Source of the DNA: Vicugna vicugna
Taxonomy: Eukaryota
NCBI GenBank assembly: GCA_013265495.1
Contig: MU058636.1
Coordinates: 4,313,741-4,377,740 of the forward strand
Direction: 5' to 3'
Length of the DNA: 64,000 nucleotides
The notes beneath the pieces are model-generated. The model worked only from the letters and a program-made list of their open reading frames with translations. It did not search any database and was not told where the DNA came from. This document shows positions 27,011 to 39,424 of the stretch, one piece after another. Positions within the stretch are counted from its first letter, which is position 1, and every line of letters starts with the position of its first letter. A program made the position numbers and the translations under genes.

Positions 27011-28165
27011 CTTGGAATGTATTTCTGGCCCTCCCATTTTGTCTCCATGCTCTTTTCCAGGCTCACCTCCTCTGTGTCTCCCCATCCTTTCTACCCTCCA
27101 GCCATGTGGGACCACTTGCTGACTTCGGAAGATGTCATTGACTTCCAAGTGTTTTCCTCTGGTCCTGCTTAACCCTCACCTGAAAAGCTACTCTTGTTTG
27201 ACTCCACGTATAAAAATCATCAAGCTTTGCTCAAACACTTCCTAACTTCCCAGGCAAACTTCTATGATTCCTTCCTCTGTTTTTTATCTGTACCTCTATA
27301 ATAATAGTTGTTTCATTCTTTTCTTGCTTTATAATCTAGTTGTTTAATTGTAAGCTTCTTTAGAGAAAGAACTAAGTCCTAGTTATCTGTAACTCCCACA
27401 TGTCCATCAGGAGCTCTCCAAAACATCAAAAAATAGATGAGATCTTTTGCTTGACTTCTAGGCAATTCACATCTGTTTCACTTTCAATATCTTCTCTGGC
27501 TCAGAAGGATATTTTGGACTCTTAAAGATTCCTGATTCCTTCTTATCCTAACAAATCTCTTTTTCACATTCTGTAGAAAAACTTCCTTACAATTCTTTCT
27601 GGATTGGATAGCTCTATTATATGTAGATCTAAATCCTCAATTTCTTCTAAAAAATAGTACCATATAAAAATAGGTTAAAAATTTGTGAACTTACCCACTT
27701 GCGATCATCTGGGCAGATGTCGTAGGGCCAATACGATCTTAGTTGAATGCAGAATAGTAATGGGCATAGGTTTCGACTTTAGAAAGCTTATAATGTGGTT
27801 GGGTAAATAAGATATCCCATACATGAATCAAATAGGAATCACAGAAACAACGAATGGTGGAAGGCACAAAGAGAACCTAAGACAGGAAATTAGTTGAAGT
27901 AGATGTTGAAGCCGGGTTGGCAATGTGTTGGAGAGCGCTGAGAGGAAATTCCAGACTGGAACTGGATGAACACAGTGTCGCACGTCTGAAAGCGATGGAA
28001 AACACATCCATTTGGCTGACGCACACAGCTTTGTTGTGTAACAAGTTATCAGGTTGGTTAAAATTGGGTTGTATTTTCTGTTACGTCAGATGGGCTGATG
28101 ACAGTTGTGAGGAGTGTCATTAATTTCCGGTGTAAATTGCTGTGGGCTTTCACTGTCGTCCACAG

Positions 28166-28237
28166 GAACCTGTCTGGCAATCTGATAATGGAGCTCCCCC
28201 CCGACATTTTCAAAGACCTGAAGCTTCTACAGAAACT
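28166..28237 (+). CDS. RXFP2: RXFP2 exon 12, LRR (72 nt)
   Basis: ccacag| and CT|gtaagt; NLSGNLIMELPPDIFKDLKLLQKL. Confidence 0.96.
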
Positions 28238-28343
28238 GTAAGTCCTCCTTCCCACTGTCATCACATTTAAATGGCAGTATCTTGGCTTCCAAAATAATAA
28301 CGTCCTGATGCTTCTTTCCTCCTCCCTTCTAATGGTACAAAAG

Positions 28344-28415
28344 GAATCTGTCGTCCAACCCTCTTTTGTATCTCCACAAGAACCAGTTTGAAAGTCTTAG
28401 ACAACTTCAGTCTCT
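28344..28415 (+). CDS. RXFP2: RXFP2 exon 13, LRR (72 nt)
   Basis: acaaaag| and CT|gtaagt after a 106-nt intron; NLSSNPLLYLHKNQFESLRQLQSL. Confidence 0.95.
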
Positions 28416-30570
28416 GTAAGTGAAACGTAACGATATGTTGATTATAATTTTGGTGAATGTACTCTACTTAGAACCACATTTATTTTTACGCGGGTGTTTT
28501 ACACACAGGAGGGCTTTTAATTTGAGGATGCACCCTCAGACTCTTGTGAGTATGATCGTTACCGTCAAGTTTGTGCTGAATGACAACAAGCCTCATTTTT
28601 TTACCATTCAGTGTATAAAGACCCTTTCTGTGTTTGAAGCTATATATAGCACCTTCCTGAAAACTGGATTCATATGGAAAAAGCTCATCTTACAGTTTTC
28701 ACGAAGAATTAAATTTGCAATAGTTTTGTTACTAAGCAGTTGGTTAAAAAAAAACAGTTACGTAAAAGACTTCCCTACGTTTTCCCTTCCTCCTTTCCTG
28801 TAGCAGTCTACTTTATATTAATCTACAAAGCATGCTTTTTACTTTTCAATCAGTTAAGAAAAAATTATCCCACAAATATGAACATTCAGACAACTAATGT
28901 TATTTAGTATTTTAAAATTTCAAACATACTAGGTTTTGTGCCAAGAACTCTGCCAATTATTCTGTGTACCTCATGGATTCCTTCCCCATAAATAGCCATT
29001 GCTGGTCGAAGTTTGGGTCTTTTCCTACAGAGGGCATAATACATTACCTGATCTCAGCCTAAAGCCTTTCTTTGTTTAATTCCAAAGACCAGTTCTTAAT
29101 GTCACCTTTTATTCTTGCTAAATAGTTTTCTATTGGAAGCTAATACAAGATTTTGATTCTCTCTTAATAGATATTAGTGAACATCCAGTGATGAAAAAGA
29201 CTTGATTCCTGTTCTCAATAAGCTAGTATATAAAAAACCCCAAAATATAAATAATACATTGTTCTTAAGTGTAAGTTAGACCTCCCTTCCCTTCATTCAA
29301 TATACACTGAGTTCTGAAAGCTAAAATATCAGATTACACATCATGCCCTTCTGAAAAGTCAAAGTAGTAACTATTTACTTCATACTTCTCTTTCTTCATT
29401 TCTTTTCTCTTTTCTTTTTTTTCCCCTAGAGATTCGTCTGCACATTTATTTCACAAACATTTATTGGCCACTAACTTAATCATAGCAACGTCTTGGGTAC
29501 TCAGGATACTGTAGCCTCTGCTCTTTTGAAACCTATAGACTACTAATCAAATAATCACATAATTCATGTAACACTGAAACTGTGGCAGTTCAGGAGAAGC
29601 TAGAGGGCAAAAGAAAGAAGGGGGAAGAAACCCTTGAAAAAAGGACTCAAGAGTTTCCTGCAAAAGGGCCCCTCTGATTATTCAGTAGTGTAACTGCTCC
29701 TGAAGTCTCACTTCTGCCAGCCAAAGAGCAAGGCGGTTCCTCTATAAAGGACTCGATGGACCAAGGAAAACTCAGAACCTCGTCAAGAAATCCTTATTCA
29801 GATTTTCCCAAAAGAAACTGAGTGGGAATCAAATGCCTTTCAAAATAAGCCTTAAAAAAGCAAAAGGCTTCTGTCCTTTTAGACTGTCCTCTTTCCATCT
29901 GTGTCTTCTGAGAACATGGCAGACTCCCTTAATTCATGTATCCTACAGAGTTTTCAAAGAATCTATATTTGAGGAAACTTCCGGATAAGTGAGGAGTGTT
30001 CGGAGTTCTCACTGCTGCCCTCTGAGGACCTTTTGTGGGGCTGGAGGAATGAAACGGATTACGCTTCCCAGGGTCGTCTTAGAAACCCCTGGTCCTGACC
30101 CAGAGCTCCTCCTCCTGCTTCCATGGTTCCCCACCCCAAAGACACACAGACCAGGGAGGAAGGACTGTATTTAAATCCAGATTCTCACAAAACTCACTTC
30201 AGTGATGCTCTCGGGTTGAAAATATCAGCCCCTGTCTGAAACCTTCTAACTCACACTGCATGGTTTATAAAACCAAAGTACAGAGCCCATCTCATAATTA
30301 CACAAATCACCACTGCCATTGTTGAATCAAACGAATGAATGTGTTTTATCAGAAGGTAGTTTTGTGTGTGAAGTGACAGAATCAGCTCCAACTTAACAGG
30401 AGTCATGAACAGAAATGGCAATTTTCTAAGACAGTGTATTGTAAACTTTTCATCCTAATTTGAAGTTATAACATAAGATTTTGAAGTATGGTTTTTAGGA
30501 TATGACAAAGAATGCAATGATTAAAAAGTTAAACCCTAAAAACATGAAACCTGTCGTGTGTATTTTCCAG

Positions 30571-30642
30571 AGACCTGGAAAGGATAGAGATTCCAAATAT
30601 AGACACACGAATGTTTCAGCCTATGAAGAATCTTTCTTACGT
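30571..30642 (+). CDS. RXFP2: RXFP2 exon 14, LRR (72 nt)
   Basis: ttttccag| and GT|gtatgt; [24 protein letters not shown]. Confidence 0.94.
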
Positions 30643-31979
30643 GTATGTATGTATGTATGAAAGAATGGAGAAGACAGTATGGTGAAATGCCGCAGATGTT
30701 CTGATGTAAATTGTCTAATGTATCACTGCATTGTGTTTATATGCAAGAAAAGTCTTTTATTGAGAACTTTTTAATTTTGTCACCTTTGGTCCCTGTTCAA
30801 ATAGAATTCAATATTATGATGTGCCGACATGAATGACACTTCTCTCTGGAAACACGCTGTTTATCCAGTCGAGGCCCAATAAGAGATCAGGGTACCAGAA
30901 TGCCACATATTACACAAGATGAAGTCACTGGCTAACTGGTACTCAGGAGACCTGGAAACATTAATTCACCTCACATGAGTGAGCAGCTGGCTGCTCTAAG
31001 ATTTGAGCCCTTAGGAACAAAAGTGCTATATAAATTCCAGGTGTTGTTACTGTTACTAAGTGCACTGCAAAATGGAGGTAATTCATCTTTATAGTAGTTT
31101 TTGATAAGTCACGTTAATATATTTGGCTAAAGTGCACTGTGTAAGTTGTGTTAATATATGTGTTTATGACATGATCATTTATTTATCAACTGTGTAATCT
31201 ATGTGTTCATGATTTCAAAAATTAACCATTGTTATCCACAACAATAGGGAGGATTCGATGTAAGATTACAAGTTGGGTGCAGCAAGTGACTGAAATGGTT
31301 AGTGTGAAGGTGCTCTTTTGGGAGAACATTTTGTTTATGTCTGTGAAGTAGGTGTGATTACCCAAAGGCAAGTTATTTGATGCATATCCACCTGGTTTTC
31401 ATAATTTCTCTTTCTGTGGCATCGGTAGATAAATATTTAATAAGGCTGTCATTTCCTTGGTGCAGGCAGAATGCGCGGTCTTCTTAGAATAGGGAAATTC
31501 AACCCTTGTAGAACTTGATGGAGATGCTGCTGCTTTAAATACGAACCTCAGGTTGAGGTCAAGAAGGACCCAACAATTAACAGAAAACGTGCGACCTTTG
31601 TCGCTTCCCTGCTGAGTAATCTAGTGATTCTTCTTTCATCTTCCTTGCCCACCATTTATTAAACACCTCCACCCTCATAACCCCATCATCCCTTCCACCT
31701 GCCAACCAGTTCCCAGGTCACAGTGGGAGGAGAGGTTGGCCCACGGAGAGACCCTGGCTGGCTCTATCTGAAGACAGTGGACATGATGGAATCCTGAAGG
31801 AACCAAGAGGTCGAGTCCAGTGTGTGCCAGGGACCCAAGGAAAGGAGACGAAAACCAGAGAATTATACGTCAGGTCCCTTTAATTGGATAGATGACATCA
31901 GGAAGCTAGACTGTAGGCTCCTCCGGGGCAGGGACACCTTCCAACGTCTCCACCTGACATGCCCCACACTAGAGCCCAC

Positions 31980-32430
31980 ATCATTTGTTTGCTCAGCTAG
32001 CAAGTATTTGTTGAGTACCACCATGTGCCAGGCACTGTTTTAGGTCTGGGGACACAGGGGTGGACAGGAGAGAGAAGGATCTGCTCCATGGAGCTCCTGT
32101 TCAGCTTTGGGAATCAGAAAGTAAGCCAGTGAACAGATGAATTGTTACGAAATGCTGGGAAGGAAGGAAGAGGTGGAGGGAGGCTGGAGATGGTTCACAC
32201 AAAAGTCAGAGACATGACATTCAAGCAGACCTGCATGGAGGGAGACAGCAGCCCTGGCAATCCTGGGAGGAGATTCTTCCAGGCTGAGGGAAAAGCAAGA
32301 GCTCCACACTGAGAGGGGCCTGAGCCTGGCTCGTGTGAGGACTGGAAGGAAGCCCATGTGTCTGGGCAGAGTGAGCGATGGAGGGAAGATGTGAGGCGGC
32401 CCAGGGGAGCCAGGGGTCCAATCATGGGAC
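31980..32430 (-). mobile_element. L2 LINE 3' fragment
   Basis: caagtatttgttgagtaccaccatgtgccaggcactgttttaggt...ccatggagctc...gtgtgaggactggaaggaagccc. Confidence 0.8.
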
Positions 32431-33250
32431 GCCTCTGAGCTGGGGCAGATTAAGCTTTGTTTAACTTGCTAGTCTAGCAACTGAATGGGCAGAGGACAAA
32501 AAAGAAAAAAAAAAAGATTAGATGAGAAAAGAGCTAAAAGTGATGATAAATGAATACAAAAATAGAATGAGTGTTAATGGGAGAAAACCCCAAAATATAC
32601 AGATTTGGAGAATGGCAGTAAACCAAACGACCTCCCCCAATTCAAACTCTTCAAGATTCCACACACCTAGGTCACAAACACGTTGATCACAGACAAGCCT
32701 GACTTTTCCTCTAGAAATTGTTTAAGTCCTTCCAGACCCTGTTAAGGAATCTGAGTTTGAGGCAGCTGCTTTCTCCTCCACACTCCAATGAGACTGAACT
32801 TTCCTCGTCTCAGAGATCCTCCCATCTGCCAGTATCAAGGAAATAAGGCTAGTTTTAAGTGAATATACTTAAAACTAAGTACAAGACAGAGATGTTTTTA
32901 GCGAGCTACCGCAGGTCCCTGACAGCCCAAACCCAAGTCCCTGAATGTTTACTAAAGGTCAGTTTAACAATGACAGTTTGCTTTCTATAGTACGCTAGGA
33001 AATCACCAGTGTAACGGGGAAGATGGAGCCCTAGGGATGTCCCATTCTTGCGTCCTCCCTGGACTCACCCCAAGCAAGCCACAGATTCCTGTGCCCTCCA
33101 GTTGCTCACCTTTAACAGAAGAACACTGCCTAGAGCAACATCACACTTAAGGAGGAACTCCATAATTACATAATCACTACTGAATAAAAATACCCAAGCC
33201 CAGTGAAGCGCGTACCTAACACAGCTGCTCTTTCCGCGTCATTGCTGTAA

Positions 33251-33628
<378 letters not shown>

Positions 33629-34130
33629 TAAATATGAAGGTCCTATTTTTCTCTATGGCTGCTCTGTTCTGGATTGCATGAGTTTGCGGTGACCTGGTAG
33701 CCACCCCTAGGGGTTATGTCTTGGAAATGAGGTAACAGGGAACCAATGAGTCAAGGGATGGGTTAAAGAGGACATGTTGTGAGTTGCAAAACTAAGCTTT
33801 GTTTAACCTTCAATCTCAATAACATCCATGTTCCTCATGCCCAGAAAATTACTTCATTAGCTACGTAAGTCATATTTGTTTACCACTTAAAAGCTAGTCC
33901 CTCCACCCCCAGCAAATTACCCCCCCACCAACATTTTTTCAAAATTGTAAAACAAAAATGCATTGTGGCACTTCAGAAGTAGTGTACTTTTTGAAGTCCG
34001 TTGGCTTCTAGGTACTGTTGCAGGTGTTTACGTTAGTTCACTTGATACAAGATGAAGGAACTAGACCTAATCAGAAAACTAAGACAGAGATGCTGGGAAC
34101 CACCAGCATACACCGTGTGATTCTCAACAG

Positions 34131-34541
34131 GTGCAGACTGCCTGATGGGTGTTTATTTGTTCTTCATCGGCTTTTTCGATCTGAAATACCGCGGGCATTA
34201 TCAGAAGTATGCGTTGCTGTGGATGGAGAGCTTACAGTGCCACCTCCTGGGCTTCCTGGCCGTGCTGTCCAGCGAAGTCTCTGTCCTGTTGCTGACGTAC
34301 TTGACTTTGGAGAAGTTCCTGGCCGTTGTCTTTCCCTTCAGTAACATTCGTCCTAGAAAATGGCAGACTTTGGTCATCCTTGTTTGCATCTGGATTGTGG
34401 GATTTTTAATAGCAGTGATTCCATTTTGGAAGGAGGATTATTTTGGAAACTTCTATGGAAAAAATGGAGTATGTTTCCCACTTTATGACGACCAAACAGA
34501 AGATACTGGAAGCAAATGGTATTCTCTTGGAATTTTCCTAG
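34131..34541 (+). CDS. RXFP2: RXFP2 exon 16, TM2 to start of TM5 (411 nt)
   Basis: caacag| and G|gtaaat; [12 protein letters not shown]...LTLEKF...NGVCFPL...YSLGIFL. Confidence 0.97.
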
Positions 34542-35738
34542 GTAAATTATATTTTTCATTTCCTGGACTAACGTCATTTTGGTAGAAATACCATAAATTT
34601 CAGTAAAGCCATATTTGTCCATTTCAGAAAGTAAACAGATACAGTCAAGACTGTGTCCTTTTTAAGGGAAAAATTCTTGCTGTGTATTCATAGGAGTTTT
34701 ATTAAACTTTTTATTATGGAGACTTAATGTGGAAAACAAAAACACATTGTCAGGATCTCTGGATGGTCTTTTTATTACCCGTGAGACCTTTGATTTCACG
34801 TTCATACACAGTGACTTTCAGCTGGAGGAATTCTAGTTCAGTGCCTTGTCTTGCCACTCTACCAAGTTATTTAAACTCATTTTTTTAAAATCTAGATGTG
34901 AGCTAAATAAATAATAATAATAAAATTGTGGAAACTCACTAGCAAGAGGTTATGAACCAGGAAGGTTTACTGCCTTTTGTAAATGCAGTTCGAAAGTCAG
35001 CAAAGGAAGGCTGCCCCATTAAACTCTTCGCTTCTCAGTTTTCTCAATTCTCCCAAATTTTTTTGAAAAGAGAACCCTACCTTCTCTATCACGAATACGT
35101 GAGAAGTTTAGCCCTTTAAGGTTAAAACCTTTTCTATGTCTAATAGGTATAAGCAAGGCCATTCTCGTGTCCTCTCTTTAACTAGGGCAGAATTTTCAAT
35201 TCCCCCTTCTCATCTTTTCCCCTCATCCAAGGGGTTCATAATCTCTGTCATCCTGTCTTTTTTTATCAAATGTTCTTCCCTCAGAACGTGCTGTCTTCTC
35301 TTTCTTCCAGTCTCTACCTACTGCTATCACCTTTGTTTAAAATCTTTCAGCCTCCACCCTGAATTCTTACATTAGCCATTACAAGTCTTCTGGCCTCTGG
35401 GGCCTTCTCCTATTTATCTGTTCAACTACCCGAGTGCCAAAAGGTCTATGTATCCTCTGCTCAGAGACCTTCAGGAACTCCCTGCTACCAAGGTCAAGTT
35501 TGTGTTAGTCACTGAAAGCCCATCACAAAATGTCCCTTACCCCTTTCCCCGCTCCTCTCCATCTATTCCTTCTCTTCTTCGTCTGGAAAATAGAACACTT
35601 TATTTGCACCATTTTCATAATATTCCACACATACAGCCCTGTTTGGTAGCCCTCTTTTCTCAACTATGTCACTCCTGTAATACTGTAAACCATTCCTGGC
35701 CTAGGTACACTTCATGGAGACCCTCTCTCCCTCACCCA

Positions 35739-35741
<3 letters not shown>

Positions 35742-35775
<34 letters not shown>
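35742..35775. repeat. (AC)n microsatellite
   Basis: Perfect AC dinucleotide run. Confidence 0.95.
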
Positions 35776-35777
<2 letters not shown>

Positions 35778-35782
35778 CAGTC

Positions 35783-36150
35783 CATTCACTGATCCAAAAA
35801 GGATTTATTAAGCACCAACTAGAGGCCGGGCTCTCTTTTGGGTGCTGGAGATAAAACAAGTGATCCTCACAGACCTGCATCCAGGAAGGAGGATTAAGAC
35901 AAGGAAACACGTCCTCACGTCACAGACTGACAAGACGCCATGAAGGAGGAGTACAGGATGTTCTAGAAGCCCCTGGATCTGAGGACCAGGGAAGGCATCT
36001 CAATAACAGTGAATCCAAACCAAGGCCCAAAGGATGAGGATGCAGTAGCCAAATGAAGGCAGAGGTCGTGTTCCAGGAGTTAGAAGCCCAAAGCCAGGGT
36101 CCAGGCCCAGATAAACGGCAAAAGAAGTTTGGTGTGGCTGGATCTTACAG
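35783..36150 (-). mobile_element. L2 LINE 3' fragment
   Basis: cattcactgatccaaaaaggatttattaagcaccaact...gggtgctggagata...cagggaaggcatctc. Confidence 0.7.
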
Positions 36151-37453
36151 TTAAGGTATGAGAGTCAGTAAAAAGGGTTTAGCACCTGTGATACAGTCCA
36201 GATAGATAAAGCAATAGTGATGCGCATGGAAACACACACACCATCATCTACGTATACACAGCTTACCTCTGTGAGATGGAGTCCAGACCCCTTTTTGCTT
36301 AAAAATATAATATACAACTTTTAATTAATTTTTTATTTTAGAATAGATTTAGAGAACAGTTGAAAGGCCCCTCACCCAGGTTCCTGCTGTTAACATCTCA
36401 CGTTCCTATGGTGCATTCAGAACACACATTCGGAAACTTTCTGTAAGTCCGTTTTCAAAATTTGCACCAGAGGAACATCTTTAACAGTTACTTTCTTTTA
36501 GTCTTAACTAAACTTTCTGACAATAGGCCTAAGATAAACCAACTTTATGAAGTTCTATTATATGGCTTTAGAATGCAATTCCATGGAATATGTTTATGTT
36601 TTGGATAAAAACAACAGAACACCTTGAATTTATAGGATTTTTCCTTGGACTTCACTAGCCTTACATACAGTCTAATTAGATAAACTTTTTTTAATGACTT
36701 TGAAATTACATACATATTTTATGTTCACCATGAAGAAAAATATGATCACTTAGGATTTTTATTATAGCAAGATTATAATAAAATGACAAAGAAGTCAGCA
36801 TCGTAGGATAACGATTAGTGAGAATCTGCTGAACTATCTGACCTTAAAAGAGTAATTCCTGTTGTTGAGTTTTTAATTTTTTTCTAATTTTTTTTCTAAA
36901 ATGAATCTAGAGGGTTCTGAATTTTAGTTTAGATTACTATAGGTAATCTGGAGAAAAATAAAAATGTGTTTTTATCGTATGTATTTTTAAAAACATGAGG
37001 AATAGTGTCTCTGAGGCTATTACCTTCTTGATATTCCAAGGTTATCTTTTATTTATACAATAAAGGATGGCGGCATATTGATCTTCTGAGATAGACATGT
37101 GATTACAGTAATCTCTTAAGGTTTGAATTTGCAGAGGGCTAAAAATGAAATAGCTTTTCCCCTGCTTTATTTAAAAAAGCTAAATTTTACCTCATGATAT
37201 ACCAAAGTCTATAATTTGGGGTAACGGGTTTATGTATTTGAAATAACTTCTTGATCTGGCAAACCCAATTCCTGTAGCTTATTCCGGATTTCAGCCTTGT
37301 AACAGGGTTTTAGCTGATGACCATGGGGCTTATACAAAGAATGCTTCTTGTAAGTACAGTGGAAGAAGCACCATATTGGACATCTAAGTAACACAATATT
37401 TCTACTGTCGATTTGTACACCTGAGATGTTAAGAGGTGTGCTTTTCCCAACAG

Positions 37454-37672
37454 GTGTGAATTTGCTGGCTTTTCTCATCATTGTGCTCTCCTACACTATT
37501 ATGTTCTGTTCCATTCAAAAAACTGCCTTGCAGACTTCAGAAGTGAGGAATCCCATCGGAAGAGAGGTGGCTCTCGCAAACCGTTTCTTTTTTATAGTGT
37601 TCTCTGATGCCATCTGCTGGATTCCTGTGTTTGTAATTAAAATTCTTTCCCTCTTCCGGGTGGAAATACCAG
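37454..37672 (+). CDS. RXFP2: RXFP2 exon 17, TM5-TM6 (219 nt)
   Basis: caacag| and G|gtcagt; [14 protein letters not shown]...[32 protein letters not shown]. Confidence 0.97.
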
Positions 37673-37929
37673 GTCAGTCCCTTCCATTATTCCCAAGTAC
37701 ATGATGCCTTCTTATGCCTTTTGTTCAACAAGGCCAGGATACACTGCTTTTCATGTAGTAAATTCTCAGTAAATACCTACAGCTTTAGTACAAAGAGTTA
37801 GGATTTCCTCAGTGTTCTATAATCAGTATTCTCAGGTAGAAACTGGGTGATGGTGCAATCCAGACAAGAATAATAAGAGCACAGAAGCTAGAGAGAAACA
37901 GGTTCTTAGTATCTCACTTCTCCCTGAGC

Positions 37930-38075
37930 TAGATAATGGTTCTTAACCAAGAATGCATCAAACAAAATAAAATACACGCGCCCTGGTCTCCTCCCTGGGC
38001 GTCTGAATTTAGTCTGTAAGGGCTAAGGTCTGCACATGAGTATTTTGGGAAAGTTCCCCCTGTGACTCTGAGGTG
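37930..38075. mobile_element. MER5-like MITE in intron 17
   Basis: atggttcttaacc...tctgaatt...aagttccccctgtgactctga. Confidence 0.5.
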
Positions 38076-38181
38076 AAAGAAAACTTAAGTGAACCAGACA
38101 GCCCTCTCCAAAATAGCATTGACTGTAAAATATTACGTGTATTCACGTCTATTAAAACCTCAATTTCTTTCGCTTCTCCAG

Positions 38182-38441
38182 GCACAGTTACTTCCTGGGT
38201 GGTCATTTTCTTCCTTCCAGTAAACAGTGCCTTGAACCCAGTCCTCTACACTCTCACAACCAGCTTTTACAAGGACGAGTTGAAACAGCTGCTGCACAAA
38301 CATCGAAGAAAATTGATTTTCAAAACTAAAAAAAAAAGTTTGTCTACCTCCATTGTGTGGACAGATGACTCCTCTTTACTTAAACTTGGGGTTTTGAACA
38401 AAATAACCCTTGGGGACAATATAGTGAAACCAATTTCCTAG
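38182..38441 (+). CDS. RXFP2: RXFP2 exon 18 coding part, TM7 and C-tail (260 nt, TAG stop)
   Basis: ttctccag|; [23 protein letters not shown] (NPxxY)...[10 protein letters not shown]. Confidence 0.97.
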
Positions 38442-38803
38442 TAATGGTTTTGGAGCACTAGACTTTAAATGGACTACCTAAAAAAAAAAAAAGCACAGCA
38501 TTTGGAAGACGACGTCTATAATACTTCTCATCTTTAGCAGCAGCAGACCCTTCTGCACAGAGAGCACAGCATGGTGACTTCGGGCTCTGCGTTCAGAGGG
38601 CAGCTGTGCTATTTGTCAGCCGTGCTAAGAATTGGACCTAAGGGTTCTCCTCACCCTGACATGGCTGAAATGCGCAAGTGAATCCATCTGTAGTAGGCTG
38701 GTGTGCAGTCCATCTCTGGCTAGTCAACACGCCAGCCTACCAGGGGATGCCCACACGTGGGCACTGTGTGGTCTGCTTTTAAATGAAGTTACGCTATCCA
38801 TAA

Positions 38804-38809
38804 AATAAA
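38804..38809 (+). terminator. Candidate proximal polyadenylation signal
   Basis: AATAAA about 360 nt after the stop codon; usage not demonstrable from sequence. Confidence 0.4.
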
Positions 38810-39418
38810 AACATTCACAACATCTAATTCTAGTCTAGCCGTAATAGCACAAGCCCAACATGTCCTTCCTTGCTTTTCAGCATCGGATGAAATCATCAGC
38901 GTCCTCTGACCTGATAGCAAAGAGTTTCGGGGATGTTCACCCACCTCACGTCCTGCCCTGGGGAGGCTGGTGGAGCAGCTGCTCTGAAAGCTTAACTTCA
39001 GACCAGGTTCTCAGTCGGACACACGATCAGAGAGGCGTGCTGACTATTCACCTAGTACCATTCACCTTTTTGGCTTGTATTTAATGTCAGAAATGCTGAG
39101 ACCCCAAGATATTTTTCTTAAGGTGGCCCGTGCCACAGGAAAACTGGGCACTCCAACTGCCAAAAACTACATTTTAATGTTTTCAAGTATAATTTCTTTA
39201 GAGCAGTATCCCTATTGCTGGCAAGTCCTGCATTCATATAACACACAGATAAGAAGTGTTAATGGGAATTTAAGAATACGGGATGCAGATAAATTCCTAT
39301 TGTTTTTAACAAAAAGATTGGTAGCTTTGGGTTTGTTTTTTGAAAATGAAAAATGCTTGTGAAGGCCTGGTGTGTTTTTACACTGAAAATTCATATGTGA
39401 AAAAAAGAGGATCGGGTA

Positions 39419-39424
39419 AATAAA
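39419..39424 (+). terminator. Candidate distal polyadenylation signal
   Basis: AATAAA followed by a T-rich tract (attatattttacatttgtcc). Confidence 0.4.

Noticed and set aside
35468..35476. NR5A1/SF-1-like CCAAGGTCA; similar words near 16435, 50391 and 63558
   Set aside because: Isolated short motifs, mostly within MIR, LTR or L2-like repeats; no supporting cluster
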